64,000 nucleotides of DNA from Paraspadella gotoi. Lineage: Eukaryota > Animalia > Chaetognatha. Position 1 is the first letter of the stretch. Every line of letters starts with the position of its first letter. Positions 1 to 14,655 of the stretch are shown piece by piece. The stretch is taken from NCBI GenBank assembly GCA_051294375.1, contig CM119270.1, forward strand, positions 1,880,811 to 1,944,810, read 5' to 3'. The notes under the pieces are model-generated. The model ran no database searches, was not told where the DNA came from, and worked only from the letters and a program-made list of their open reading frames with translations. Both the position numbers and the translations under genes were made by a program.

Positions 1-1164
1 AAAATCCCTTAGAGAGTTCTATTATATAACCAAATCATACTTTCTTATACAATCTTATTAGAATTTGTAAAGTAATTTGGTCAGGGACGATTTGGCTTAA
101 AAAAACTAATAATTTCTAATTTGAAGTGTTTCTAATAATAATTTTTTAACCTTATTTAAAAACCACAACAAAACATTTAGTAATAAGGTTATTAATACTT
201 TATTTTGATTAATTTAAGTATGCTGGCTGAATAACAGCTCATTTTTTTCAAAAAATCCTTTATTTTTAAAACCGGAAGTGGTACGACGCAAAAACTGGCG
301 TGGAAAATCCATCAAGATTGTGATATTCGTTTCTCCCACTAAATTTGGCACAAGAAACTTTGCAGGTATCAGGAACTTTCAAAAAATGCATGGTATTTCT
401 GGAAGCTCTACTCTTCACCCCTGGAAACCTATGTGGTGGCAGTGATAAGATTCAAACCCATGCCTCTGAAGAGAATCTAACTTTATTTATTTTCATAATG
501 TTTTGGAGTGTCCTCTTTTTTATTGCACAGGTCTGTAATACTAAAAATTTCAAAGTAATTATTAATGATCCTACATTAAATTATTAAACTCTCAATGCAA
601 AGTTCATGTGAAATGAACTTACTCCTATCATTCTCTCTCACTCTTTCTCTCTCTTCGAACTTTTCAGTCTGATATTAGCTTTTCAATATATCTTTTTAAT
701 TTGGTATTTTAGGTTTACTTAATTTGATGATAAGATTTTCATGCATAATCCAGTCCATCCTTTATAATAGTATATATACCTAACATTCGTTTGCTCCTCT
801 GAAAATTCTGCCTGAGAATTTATTATGAGCTCGCTCCTCTTGTATATCCAAGTGTATTCTTTCAAAGAATGTCGAAAAGATATAAGTAATATTGCAATTA
901 AGAAAATTGCCAAGCAAAGGGCAATCAAAATTTTTGGCCACATTAAACAAATTAGAAGGTGCCTAAACCAAGATTCAAAAACTTCAATTGTGCCATTGTT
1001 CAAACTTTTCAAATGTTGTAAATACAAAAAATTATGAAAACAGACAACCAAAAAACAATTACATAGTGTCACACTAATTTTTGCATTAACTTTATCTAAT
1101 GAGGTGATCAATCTTTAGCTGATCAATGATCATATGATTACTCCAGAATGAAATATATGCATAT

Positions 1165-1750
1165 GTGGCGGTATATTAACACCACCCCACATCCACTATC
1201 ATTCAGCCAATCCCATTGGTTCATAGGGGGAATGAACCATCCCAAGCGTTGCGTTCAATCCACAGTCCTAACGACTTTCTTCTGCATTGGCAAGCGAGAC
1301 CTGGAGAACCTGAGTAATTTCTTCGCCTGGGGATCCTGTGGTGGTATTAATCACAGGCCTCACATCTACTATCGTTCAGCCAATCCCATAGGCTCATAGA
1401 GGGAATGCACCATCCCAAGCGTTGCATTCCATCACAAGTCCTAAATACGAACCTCCTCACCTCTGGCATTGCATCAACACTCCAGTTCTATACTTATAAA
1501 TTAGTAGATGTCCTCCGTAATGTGTAGATACCTAATAGTATTCTTCATTCTCTTCTAACTGTTGAACCTTAGGAAATCTTGATTGGTAAATACATTCCAT
1601 AATCAGAATAACAAGCTATCACTAGAGGCTCTCACCATCTACTATCTTTCCAGCGCCAAATTTCATTGGCTCAGAGGGGGCGTTGATTTCCATCCATACA
1701 TGGTTCCTAAACCTACAACGCGACTAACGACTTCCTTCTGCGTTGCCAAA
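1165..1750. repeat. ~175-bp degenerate repeat, three partial copies
   Basis: CATCTACTATC..CAGCCAATCCCAT..CATCCCAAGCGTTGC..CTAACGACTT recurs at ~1190, ~1365 and ~1635. Confidence 0.7.
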
Positions 1751-1986
1751 GCATAACCGTCTTAGGGTAACCGCGCCAGTGACAGGAGGCGTCACTGAGG
1801 TCGGAAGCTACCCAAAGTCAACAATGAGCATCACAAGCAACCCTGCTGTTGCCATACATAACAATTTTTTACATTCTTCTAAAGTTTGTTACACTAAGAA
1901 CTAATCAAAACAGCTCAGTATTGCATACATTATTTTTTCAGCGGTTTCTTACCCTTACGATTCACATGGATAGCATGACCACATTA

Positions 1987-3470
1987 CACTGGGGCGCAAA
2001 AAAAAGACACATTTTCACATCGAAAAACCGTATTGGATAGCTCAATTCTACTAATATATAGAAACATAAAACAATGTTTATTGAGAGATAAAGCAATTGG
2101 TCCAAGTCCCAATAAATCGAGCAAAGCGTTCGAAAGTTATAGGACGTCAAAATCGATTGGTAAAAAAAATGGAAAAAAAATTAGTTTCTTTTTTTAGTCA
2201 ACAACAGTCAATAAGTTTTCCCTATTATAAATTGTTTATAATATGAAATTGGCTGAAAAAATTCAACATAGAATATCTGTAGGGATAGGTGTCAACCATT
2301 TTTTACCTAAAATCAAATTAACAACAAGTAAAAAAAAGATATAAAAGTAGAAAATCCTCTTTATCATTCGTCAGAAAAATAAGTTTAACAAACAATGTCG
2401 GATCTTGCCGTACCGATATCTTTCAGTATATTAATTAATTAATTAATTTATTTTTTTGTGCATTAACTTTATCATAATTTGATGTTCTGAGATGATCATA
2501 TAAGTATGAATGACTGACAAAGAATGGAGGGGGTCGGACAGACATGCGAACGACAATAGCTGAATGTATAGCCAGTCGGAATCTGTTATTTAATTAATTA
2601 ATGTCTTTTTGATTGATTAATTGATCTGCGAATAATTAATTTTTGATTAATTGACTAATTGATTAATTAACTGTTAATTATTTTATTAATTATTATATCT
2701 TGCATTTACATTTAATATAAAAAGAAAAAAAAGCATAATCAATTAATGAAACAGGTTTTTTATTTTTTTCTATTTAAACTCATTTCCACTCAAACGATTC
2801 CATCAAAACTTGATTTCCAGCATAATCTCACACTTTCCTACCCCATACAAAATTTCAGGTCAATTGCCCCATCCACTTATTTGTAATTGGTATTAAAATA
2901 GTAAAATATATTTTTTTGTTTTTTCCATTTAAACTCATTTCCACTTGGACGATTCCATCGAAACTTCATATACAGCTCAATCACACACTTCCCTACCCAC
3001 ATACAATATTTTATTTTAATCCATCCATTCAATCACGAGTAATTGGTGTTTTTTGCTAAGGTGGGAGGGACGGACAAAGAGACAGACAGAAAAATGGATG
3101 GACATCATTTTTTTGGCATAATTGATCATAATTCGATGTTCTGACACGATATAAGTGAATGCCCGACAAGATTGAAGGGGCGGACCAACAGACTGACAAA
3201 GTAAATTATAGAGTCGGGATGTGCTGATAAGCAGATCCGACTAAAAATTATCATCAACTTAACCTCCAAAAATTATTTTTGCCCAATTCTGTATTCAGAC
3301 TCTGACTTTAAAATATTGCTGTATTCTACTGGCTGAACCAATTAATTTTTTTTATATCAATTGATAGCTTTTTAAAAAGCTATACTTTTTATAACTATTT
3401 TTCCAAAATTAAAAAAGAAATATTGGGGGTATTTAGAGCTAAAAAATGTATCCTTTTTTGTGCCGCAGTG
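1987..3470. mobile_element. Tc1/mariner-like MITE with nested HINE
   Basis: TA|CACTGGGGCGCAAAAAAAAGACACATTTT ... AAAATGTATCCTTTTTTGTGCCGCAGTG|TA: imperfect ~30-bp TIRs flanked by TA. Confidence 0.6.
2385..3247 (-). mobile_element. HINE-like family 1 copy nested in a Tc1-like MITE
   Basis: AAACAATGTCGGATCT at ~2390, GCAGATCCGACTAAAAA at ~3245, a GGAC tract and central repeats. Confidence 0.65.
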
Positions 3471-6400
3471 TAGTAAGATAAAAAAAAATATATACATTAT
3501 ATACAAACAGCTATACATAAAGAGAGACCGACAGATCGAGTGATCAATTAAAATAAAAGAGAGTCGCGGGGCAACAATCAAATCGTTCCGAGGATCTAAT
3601 TTACTTTTTGTTGTTATAGGCGCAGTATGGAACATCGGGTGGCACAGCATAATCATAACTTGAAAATAAAAATTTATCATCTTTTTCGGAGATTGATGGC
3701 TCGACTGCAATCTGAAAATTTAATTAAATAGACATATGAAAAAATAGATATACATATAATAGAGTTGAGCTTTCGGAAACCAGAAATTTATTTGAGTAAA
3801 CAAGGACATTTAGACGTGAGATAGTATAATTATTGAGCACAAAAAATATTTTGATCATATGGTTTGGGGAACAGTATCTGCCTCTGTATATCTTCTAAAA
3901 TAGTAAATTCAAAATAATATTTTTTTTCAATTTTGATCCACTTATCATCGTGAATTTCTTTTGTTTCGTTGTGTTTGAAATAATAAGAAGAAGTTTGAAT
4001 GCTTGTCATTTACAACACAATTTTATTGATACATGTATGTAGCAATAGATTTATTGGTACATGTACGTCACTATGTACCAATAAAATCGTTGTTGAATGA
4101 GAGAAAAAATTCAAACTTTTCTATGATCCACTATCAAAATATTGAGAAAAAGATTATACTTTGTGCAATTTTTAGTCGGACTGCTATCAGCAGGATTCGA
4201 CTCAATAATTCAACTTTGTCGGTCCTCGGTCCCACCCCTAAATCTTGTGGTAAATAATTTTTCACATTAGAAAAGTAATAAATGCTAAATTAAGCACAAA
4301 AACAAACGATGTCCGCGTTCCCCGTCTCCGTCTGGTCGAGAGGTCCTCCCACTTTTTCATTAAACTCCAATTACTCGTAATTGATAGATGGATTGAATAA
4401 AATTTTGTGTGGTGTTTAGGAAAGTGTATGATTGAGCTGGAAAATAAGTTTCGATGGAATGGTGCGAGTGGAAATGGATGTTAATAGGAAAAAAACATAA
4501 GTCAATTAACTTAAATTTCTTTTTACTAATTTTACACATAATTACTCAAATAATCATAATTGGATGATAGCATGATTGGAATTAAATTGTGTGTGTGGGT
4601 GGGGAAAGTGTGTTAGTGAGTTTGATATAAAGTTTTAATGGAATCGTGCAAGTGAAATGAATTTAAATAGAAAAACATAAGTCACACTTTTTTTAATTTT
4701 TTAATAATTTAATCCATAATTAAATCTTAATTAATATTTAATATAATCTAATAGATTGAGATTAAAGTTATGTTTTTGGTGTGTGTGGTAGTAGGAAATG
4801 TGTGATTGAGCATGATATAAAGTTTGGAATCGAGAGTGAAATATAGTTTGATGAAAAAAGCCAAAGTCAAGTTGACTGTGAGAAAAGATGTTTAAGTTAA
4901 TTAATTGAATTAATTATATACGTGATAAAATGATACACTTTGAAAAAATGATGCAAGATAAAAAATCTATGCATATTGAAAAAATATGATTCAAGTTGAA
5001 AGATTGATGCAGATGAAAGAATGATCCAAGTTAAAGAATGATGCAGAGTTGAAAAATTGTTCAAGTGAAAGAAATGATTCAAGTTGAAAAAATGACAGTT
5101 GAAAAAATATGCAAGTTGAAAAAATGATTCAGAGTTGAAAAAAATGATGCTGAGTTAAAAGAAATAATGCGAGTGGAAAAAATGATAGATGAGTGAAAAA
5201 CAGATATGCAGTTGAAAAATGAAGCAAGTTGAAAAAAAGCAAGTTAAAAAATAATGCAAATTTATATGACGAGTTAAGAAAATGATGCATGTTTAAAAAA
5301 ATAATAATAATTAAAAATTATTTGTAATTTATTTATTTATTTTTTTATTTCCTATTTATTTAATTAATTACAGTTTAATTATGTGGGCAGGTCGACATTG
5401 TTTGCTATTTGATTCTACTTTTAAAATATCAAATTTTTTAAATTTTTTTTTTATCTAAAAATAAATATTGAAAACTAATGCAAAAAATGCTAATGCTAAT
5501 TGCTAAAGCTAAGCTAATGCTATTTAAAAAAAATTGGTCCATGAAAGTTTTCTCAGAAATTTATTATGTAGTTTCGTTAGGAAGGTTCCCAAATCTTCTG
5601 ACCCACTCCATTGACATAGATTCGCTCTATCTTAACCCTAACGTCTAACTAAATATGCTTCATTTTTTTTACCGGAACTGTGCGAAATCTTTACTTTCAT
5701 CATAATAAAATGAAAGACATGGACCGCTTCCAATTTTCTAAAAAACACAACGATCGTAATCAATGGTATTAAATCTTAAAAGGCAAAATGTTATTAAAAA
5801 AGCATATTTAAAATTATTAAGCATTAATTCCATCCTCCTCTAAAAACGAATATACAACTCAAGTTTGAAACTGATGTGAGCAAAATATTAAAATGTTTTT
5901 AATGTATAAAAGCGCGTCGGAGTAGGTCTCTCACTGAACCCCCTGTGGGCGAACAACTACAACCGAACAACTCGGTCAAACTGGCCCTCGATCGTTTTCT
6001 CTCTCTCTCTCTCTCACTCCTTGTTAAATTCTTGTTATAGACTTAGTGTTAAAGGGTTTATAATTATTTTGTCTGAATGGAGCCCTGCATTTTATTTTTG
6101 AAAGGCTCAAATCAGCTTAAATTTAAATTTGAATATCTGTCGTCTCATTGGTTAATAATAACTATTTTGGTTTTTTTTTATTAATATCAAAAAGATATAA
6201 CACAGTAACGGTTATCACAATTACTCAATAATCCTCTGAGACCATCAGGTATTAAATGAAGTTTCTAATTTTACTTGAATATGGTTTTGGAGCTTTGAGC
6301 AGAAGCTGCGTCTCTGCTCTGCTGCTGCTTGTTCTCTTTTCTCTGCAGCAGCTACTCATATTCATGACTGTTGGATATTGAATACTTAGTAATAAAGTTA

Positions 6401-7442
6401 CTATTCTATTTTATATCTTTTGGTGTTTGGACTGAGTTAATATTAAGTCGTGATTAACACTATGCAAAAGAAAGTTCTCATCTGAAGCTGTTTATTGTTA
6501 TTAACTTGTTGAAAAATAAATCATTTTATAATGTAAAATTTGTTGCGTCCACTCCACTATGGTGGGTTTTACATAAAATTATTGAGTTAAGGATTGGGAA
6601 CGAGGCTCAAGGGTAGGATGATGGATCCAAGCTATTACTATGGTCTTGTGTAAAGCTGTGATTAATTTAAAATATATTAATTTATGTTATGTAAAAAATT
6701 AAATACATTTAAATATATATTTTTTAATATATAAAGAAATATATAATATATTTCAATATTTTAATTTTGAATACTTGTCTTAATATTTTATACTCATGAA
6801 TGAATATCTCGTGTAAATGTTCAGTACCTTCATATATTCCATAAGTGCATATTGTGGGGTGCATTCTCCATTGGAGAGAATGTAAGTCCGAATTGGAGCC
6901 TTTATACTAAAAAATAAAATCTAAATTAGTTATCACAATTATTTTAATTATTGCTGAAGAGATAGTAATTCGTATTGTTATGCGCTGTGTTAATGAACAG
7001 ACGCGTTCGATTTTTATACGTAGCTAGTCCTGGAGCTTCGGATATCACCGGCGTGTAACACCGTGTTACCAGGGGGTTAAGCGCCCGCGCCTCCTTAAAA
7101 CTGGCTAGGCGCCACCGGGACTAGAACCACAGACTTGGGTTGGGCTCGGAAGGCGAATCGACTTGCCCCTTCTGGCACCAATGGCCACTGATGAACGCGT
7201 TGGTGGATTTTAGTCCACCAATAACATCCCCCCTCCCGTAGGGAGAAGGTCTGTTTGCGCTCTCTTCAGTGAATTGTTGTTGTTTTCGGGGTTAGAAAAG
7301 TTCATCGCCAGTTTGAGCATGTCCCCTGAAAAGTGTTGTTGTTGCTGTTGAGAGTGGTTCGAAGTTATGGGCTCACCAATAAAGAACAGTAATTATTGTT
7401 ATATCGGATGTTAATGACAGAACCGTTCAAATATAGCAGTCC
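3350..7442 (+). repeat. ~4.1-kb block duplicated directly at ~10530-14655
   Basis: Collinear throughout. Differences are mainly 1-2 nt indels. Confidence 0.9.
4170..5420 (+). mobile_element. HINE-like family 1 copy (inside duplicated block)
   Basis: Same termini and internal repeats as 11383-12625. Confidence 0.65.
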
Positions 7443-7655
7443 AGTCGGTCGGTCGATGTCGGAAGCGTTGTCGGGGACCGTGGCACGTCGGTCGGGTCGG
7501 TCGGGTCGTCGGTCGGTCGGTCGAGTCGGTCGGTCGGTCGGTGATTCCAAGTTCGGTCGGTGCCCGGCTCGGGTCGTCGTGTCCGCCTCGGGTCGGTATA
7601 TCGGCTCGGTCGGGGACTCGGGCTCGGGTCGGTCGCCTCGGATCGGTCGGACGGA
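7443..7655. repeat. (GGTC)n-type microsatellite
   Basis: GTCGGTCGGTCG tract. Confidence 0.85.
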
Positions 7656-8759
7656 ATGAGATCCAGTGGAGAGGATATGAGAGGAGATGGGTGTCGCGTG
7701 ACGATCGTGTTAATGAGCTGGTTCGGCGCATTGTTATGTGCGTCGGACGTTCTGAAGATTTGGGAGGGTGTAGTGGGAGGCGGTGCATGTAGCACAGACT
7801 CATTGTTGTGTCGGCCCATGACGTCGATCGTCGGAATCGGTCCGGATCGGATTCTCAAACCCTCGAAAATTCTTCCATTCGAACCGGAAGAAAAAAATTT
7901 CGTGAAAACAAAAATTCACTATCGGAAAAAAAAGAAGGAAAATTGAAGGGTTCGGTCTTTTATTTATTCACTTTTTCTCCGATATTTTATAATGTTCATC
8001 TTTTTCGCTCGATTGTAATTCTTGATTTCATAATGTAAGAGTTTAATACTGAAATATGAGCGATTTCAGAGTGTTATGCTGGGTGGAGAAAGCGAGCAGA
8101 AGATAAAAGCGGGTGACTCAGATACAGAGAGAGGCTGATTATGGGGCTCAGACAGGAAGATGTTAGACCTGCGGGGAAGAGAAAAAGATAAACTAGAAGC
8201 GGAACGAGAAGAGAAGTTGAAAAAGTAAAGAGAAAACCAAATAAAAATCGAAGAGCGACGTGAGAGATAAGTAAGTTTCTTAGTTATATCAACAAAAGAA
8301 GATGATCATGACATCGCAAAATTGGTCGAAGAAGACGAAGAAAAAATAGGGAGAAAAAGGACAAGGCAGATAATAGAAATGAAAAAAAAGAGATCAGCGT
8401 GAGGAGGTGTATAAGATAAGTAGAAAAAAACATAGGGAAAAAATCATAGAAGGCGAGAAAGCGATGTATTTACTGAAGGGGAAATAAAGGGTAGAAACAG
8501 ACAAAAGAGAGGTTTTATGTGACGAAGATAGGTCTAGCGCTAGAGAATTGCGTAATTCGAATGAAGGAGGGAATTGGATTAGCGCGGAAAGGTTCGGAGT
8601 TGGGAGGTGGATGGAATGTGATGGATGGAATTGGGCTCAATGGGTGGTGTTGGGAGTTGCGGTTGGATTTTAGGGGAATGAAAATGAAAAGTCGGCGGAA
8701 GCAACGAAAAAGGGAGATACTTGAAGAAGGATTGAACAGAAAAATTATCGAAAATTGAT

Positions 8760-8789
8760 TAGGGTTGAGAGAGAGAGAGAGAGAAGCAG

Positions 8790-8844
<55 letters not shown>

Positions 8845-9557
8845 AGAGAAGGAGAGAGCATATTGAGGCGAGAACAAAAGAAATTTTTTTATTCCTCTAT
8901 CATTTGCTTTGCGAAAATACAAATATATAACAATAAGAGAGAGGGAGCCAAGATAAGAAATGTTTGATTCCGCTGTCGAACTCACACCGCAAGTCCGATG
9001 CGCGCGAAATGCACCTAAACCGACGAAATAAAAAAGATGGTGTTCCCTACACTCTCTAATTCGCCACGTTTTTACTTGTTTAAAACAGAAGGGAAAGGAC
9101 AAGACGGCGGGAGACCCTGCGAAACTTCGGGCACATATGTTAATAAAAATATACGAAACTAACTTAGTCACGCAGAATTAATCTATAAATATGAATTAGT
9201 TGACAATGTAATTACATTTTTTTAAAGATAGAGGTCCGCAGTAAAAAAACAGCAAAAAACCAAGTTTTTTTTTAAAAGTATTTTTTTTTTGGGGCCCTTC
9301 ATGCCGTCTTTAATCCCACATGTCCTCGGCGTGGTATTTATAACGCGTTCCGTCTTTTTCTTCGCTCCCTCTAGTCGGGCTCTTTTTGTTTTAACGGGCG
9401 GGAGCGTCTCGAGTTTGTTTACGAAAGAAAACAAAAATAACAACGCCCGGACAAAAGAGGGCGGATAAGATTTCTACTGGTTCTTCTTCCGCGTATCTTA
9501 TCTTTTTTCTTCATTCTCTTTCTCTCTCTCTCTCGTCTCTCTCTTCTCTCCTCTCGC

Positions 9558-9612
<55 letters not shown>

Positions 9613-9959
9613 ATTTCCATATTCTTTTTTTCCCTTATTTTTCAAATAATTCTCTTGGAGGGCCTGTTCGCATCTCCTACAGAACTATTGTCCGTNNNNN
9701 NNNNNNNNNNNNNNNNNNNNATGTTGGGATAGACACCACACAGGAGAGAGAGAGAAGAGCAGAGAAAGAGAGAGAGAGAGGGCGAGAGAATAAGAAGAGA
9801 GAGAGAGAGAGAAGCTCTACCCCTTTACTCGTTAAAGAATCAGCAGTACTTATGGCGCCGCACGTAGCGTGAGCTATTCTCTACCGGGTTCGCGCCCTAT
9901 TCGCGGCATCGTTTTTTACATAGTAACCCACATTAATATCTAAAAGAATTTTTTTGTAA

Positions 9960-10006
<47 letters not shown>

Positions 10007-10110
10007 AGCTGGACAGACGCTGCAGAGCCCGGAACTCGTTTTTAGAAGAAGCAGTACGGAAGAAAAAGAGAGAGAGAGAGCGACATATAATTAAAACGTT
10101 TTTGTTTTGT
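8760..10110. repeat. (GA)n/(CT)n-rich fragment related to HINE-like family 2
   Basis: GCTGGAC..CTGCAGAGCCCGGAACTCGTTTTT after a (GA)n tract (~10010-10045) matches ~55255-55290 and ~56030-56055. Confidence 0.45.
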
Positions 10111-10529
10111 AAATAAAACATAACAAATACGAATATTGATATGAAACATGAGATTTTAAAGATCTTGATGATTAGAAGCCATATATGAAATTCAACTCCC
10201 TATATATCCACACTTTCAAAGCCATGATTGCAAAAAGCGAGACCGAAAGTAAACCGAAAAAAAAAATCTAGACAGGAGGGCTTTGCCGCCGGCCTCGATA
10301 ATAGAGGATATTTGTTTGTTTGATAAAGTAACAAAACATTTAATAACTGTCCTGACTCAATTTTAAGGACATCGATGATGACAGCTGAATATAAATTATA
10401 ATTAATCTATTAATTAATTAATTAATTATCTATTAATTAATTATTAATCTATAATTATTAATTAATTAATCAATTAATAATTAATTATCGTAGGCAGATC
10501 CGACATTGTTTGCTCACACTTGTTTTATT

Positions 10530-13500
10530 TAATATCAATTGATGCTTTTTAAAAAGCTATACTTTTTATAACTATTTTCTAAAAATTAAAAAAAAGAAAT
10601 AGTGGGGGTATTTGAGCTATCAAATTCTGTATCTTTTTTCGTGCCGCAGTGTAGTTAAAGAAAAAAAACATATTACATTATATACAAACAGCTATCATAA
10701 AGACAGGACCGACAGATCGAGTGATCAATTAAAATAAAAGAGAGTCGCGGGGCAACAATCAAATCGGTCGAGGATCTAATTTACTTTTTGTTGTTATAGG
10801 CGCAGTATGGAACATCGGGTGGCACAGCATAATCATAACTTGAAAATAAAAATTTATCATCTTTTTCGGAATTGATGGCTCGACTGCAATCTAAAAATTT
10901 AATTAAATACACATATGAAAAAATAGATATACATATAATAGAGTTGAGCTTTCTGAAACCAGAAATTTATTTGAGTAAACAAACAAGGACATTTAGACGT
11001 GAGATAGTATGATTATTGAGCACAAAAAATATTTTATCATATGTTTGGGGAACAGTATCTCCTTTATCCTCTAAACTCCTTCTAAAATAGTAAATTTTCA
11101 AAATAATATTTTTTTTTCAATTTTGATCCACTTATCATCGTGAATTTCTTGTTTCTTGTTTCGTTGTGTTTGAAATAATAGAAGAAGTTTGAAGTACATG
11201 TACGTCACTATGTAGTATTTACCAATAATTTATTAGTACATGTACATCACTATGTACCAATAATTTATTGGTACATGTACGTCACTATGTACCAATAAAA
11301 TCGTTGTTGAAAGCAAATTCAAACTTCTTCTATGATCCACTGATCAAAATATTGAGAAAAGATTTATACTTTGTGCAGATACTTTTTAGTCGGATCTGCT
11401 CATCAGCAGATTCCGACTCAATAATTCACTTTTGTCGGTCCGTCGGTCCCACCCCTAAATCTTGTTGGTAAATAATTTTTATCACATTAGAAAGTCATAT
11501 AATGCTAAATTAAGCAAAAAAAACAAACGATGTCCGACCGTCCGTCCATCCGTCTGTCGGAAGGTCCGTCCCACTTTTTCATTAAACTCCAATTACTCGT
11601 AATTGCATAGATGGATTGGAATAAAATTTTGTGTGGTGTTAGGAAAGTGTATGATTGAGCTGGAAATAAAGTTTCGATGGAATTGTGCGAGTGGAAATGA
11701 GTTTAAATGGGAAAAAAACATAAGTCAAATTAACTTAAATCTTTTTACTAATTTTAACCCATAATTACTCAAATAAATCATAATTGGATGAATAGATTGG
11801 AATTAAATTTTGTGTGTGGGTAGGAAAGTGTGTTAGTGAGTTTGATATAAAGTTTTCATGGAATCGTGCGAGTAGAAATGAATTTAAATAGAAAGAACAT
11901 AAGTCACTTTTATTTGAATTTTTTAAATAACTTTAATCCATAATTAATCTTATTAATCATAATTGAATGGATAGATTGAGATTAAATTTTGTGTGTGGGT
12001 AGGAAAATGTGTGATTGAGCATGCATAATAAAGTTTGGAATCGAGGAGTGAAAGATGAGTTTGAATGAAAAAAGCCAAAGTCAAGTTGACTTGAATTTTA
12101 TTATTTATGATATCATAATGTTTAATTAATTAATTGTTATTAATACTAAGAATGAAAAATGATACACTTTGAAAAAATGATGCAGAAAAAAATCTATGCA
12201 TATTGAAAAAATGATTCAAGTTGAAAGATTATGCAGGATGAAAGAATGTCACAGTGAAAGAATGGATGCAAGTTGGAAAGAATGATTCAAGTTGAAAGAA
12301 TCGAAATGCAAGTTGAAAAATGATTCAGAGTTGAAAAAATGATTGAGTTAAGAAAAATATATCGAAAAAAATAGATCGAGTTGGAAAAAATGCAAGTTGA
12401 AAAAATGAATGCAAGTTTGAAAATGAAAGCAAGTTAAAAAATAATGCAAATTAAAAAATGTATGCGAGTTAAGAAAATGATGCATGTTTAAAAAATAATA
12501 ATAATTAAAAAATTATTTGTAATTTATTTATTTATTTTTTATTTCTTATATTTATTTAATTAATTACAGTTTAATTATCGTGGGCAGGTCACGACATTGT
12601 TTGCTCAATTTTGCAATTCTACTTTTAAAAATACAAATTTTTTGAAAAAAATTTTTTTTTTATCTAAAAATAAATATTGAAAATGCTAATGCTAAAAAAT
12701 GCTAATGCTAATGCTAATGCTAAAAAATGCTATGCGTTTTAGCCATTTAAAAAAAATATTGGTCCATTGAAAGTTTTCTCAGAAATTTATTATGTAGTTT
12801 CGTTTAGGAAGGTTCCCAAATCTTCTGACCCACTCCATTGACATAGATTCGCCGTATCTTAACCCTAACGTCTAACTAAATTCGCTTCATTTTTTTTACC
12901 GAACTGTCGAAATCTTTACTTTCATCATAATAAAATGAAAAGATCATGGACCGCTTCCAATTTTCTAAAAACAAACGATCGTAATCAATGTATTTATAAT
13001 CTTAAAAGGCAAAATGTTATAAAAAAGGCATATTTAAAATTATTAAGCATTAATTCCATGCCTCTTAAAAACGAATATACAACTCAAGTTTGAAACTGAT
13101 GTGAGCAAAATACTTAAAATGTTTTAATGTATAAAAGCGGTCGAGTTAGGTCTCTCACTGAACCCCCTGTGGGCGAACAACTACAACACGCAACCTCGGT
13201 CAAACTGGCCCTCGATCGTTTTCTCTCTTTCTCTCTCTCCTGTTATAGACTTAGTGTTAAAGGGTTTATAATAATTTTTGGTCTGATTGAGCCCTGGCAT
13301 TTTATTTTTGAAAGCTGCAAATCTATGCTTAAATCTTTAAATTGAATATCTGGCTCTCTACATGGTTTAATAATGAACTAGTTTTGGTTTTTTTTTTATT
13401 AATATCCAAAAAACTATATTAACCAACGTAACGGGTAGTTCAACAATACTCATATAATTCCTCTGAGAACACAGGTATTAAATGAAGTTTCTAATTTACT

Positions 13501-14655
13501 TGATATAGGTAATATTAAAGTTTTTATGGACTTGACTGAAGCTGCGTCTCGGCTCTGGCTGCCTGCTGTGTTCTTATTCTCTGGCAGGCAGCTACTCATA
13601 TTTCAATGACGTTGGATATTGAATATACTTAGTAATAAAGTTACTATTCACTATATCTTTCTGGTCAATTATGGACTGAGTTAAATTAAGCTCGTTGGAT
13701 AAACACGCTCAAAAGATCTCCATCTGAAGCTGTTTATTGTTATTAACTTGTTGAAAAATAAAATCATTCTTAATCTAAAAATTGTTGGTTCCACTGCACT
13801 ATGGTGGGTTTTTAATAAATAGCTTGGAGTTAAGATTAGGAACGAGGCCAGGGTAAGATGGAATCACCAGCTATTACTATGGTCTTGGTTAAGAGAGTGT
13901 GATAAATTAAAACAATAATTATGTTATGTAAAAAATTAAATAATTTCAAATATATATTTTTTTAATATTATAAAAGAAAGATAAATATTATTTCAATATT
14001 TAATGTTGATACTGTTCTAATATTTATACTCATTGATGAACATCTCGTTAAAAGTTTCAGTACCTTCATAGTATCATCCATACAAGTCGCATATTGTTGG
14101 GTGCTTCCTCCACTTGGCGGGAATTAAGTCGAATTGGAGCCTTTTATACTAAAAATTAAATCCTAAAATTAGTATTCAATTATCATTTAATTAATCTGTC
14201 TGCACAGAGATAGTCAATTAGTGTTAATGTGTTGTATGACAGAGACCGTTCAAATATAAGCAGTACCTGAGCTTCGGATCAGGCTGTAACAACCGTGTTA
14301 CAGCGGGTTAAGCCCCGCCCCTCTTAACGCTAGGGCCACCGGGATAGACCCCAGACCTTGTGGGTTGAGCGAAGCGAATGGACTTGCCCTCCGGCCACCA
14401 TGGCCACTGGATGAAACGGTTGGTGGATTTTAGTCCACCAGTAATCCCCTCCATCCGTAGGAGAGAGTGCTTTGCGTCTCTTCAGTGAATGTTGTTGTTG
14501 GTAGAAAGTTCATCGAGCCAGAGTTTGAGTGGTATGTCCCTGAAAGTGTTGTTGTTGCTTGTTGTTTCGGAAGTTGGGCCTCACCAACAAAGGATGACAG
14601 TAATTATCTGTTATCATGTTAAATGACTCGAAACGTTCAATAAGTGCAGTCCTGG
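10530..14655 (+). repeat. Second copy of the ~4.1-kb block
   Basis: Collinear with 3350-7442. Confidence 0.9.
11383..12625 (+). mobile_element. DINE-1/HINE-like non-autonomous Helentron-type element, family 1 (near complete)
   Basis: 5' TTTTTAGTCGGATCTGCTCATCAGCAGATTCCGAC (subterminal IR plus adjacent partial IR), then a (GTCC)n tract, ~185-bp central tandem repeats and an 18-bp GAAAAAATGATGCAAGTT array. The 3' end is GGGCAGG..GACATTGTTTGCTC. This is the DINE-1 layout. Confidence 0.7.

Noticed and set aside
345-1111. ORFs at window start as a gene
   Set aside because: AT-rich, with no recognisable motif or consistent splice chain.
7365-9171. Overlapping ORFs in GGTC and GA tracts
   Set aside because: These are microsatellite translations with no domain signal. 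The same applies to the ER/LS-repeat ORFs elsewhere.
3350-14655. 4-kb direct duplication as a biological segmental duplication or LTR pair
   Set aside because: The copies flank a 25-N gap and differ mostly by single-base indels, typical of noisy gap filling from both sides. There are no LTR termini, PBS or gag/pol between them.
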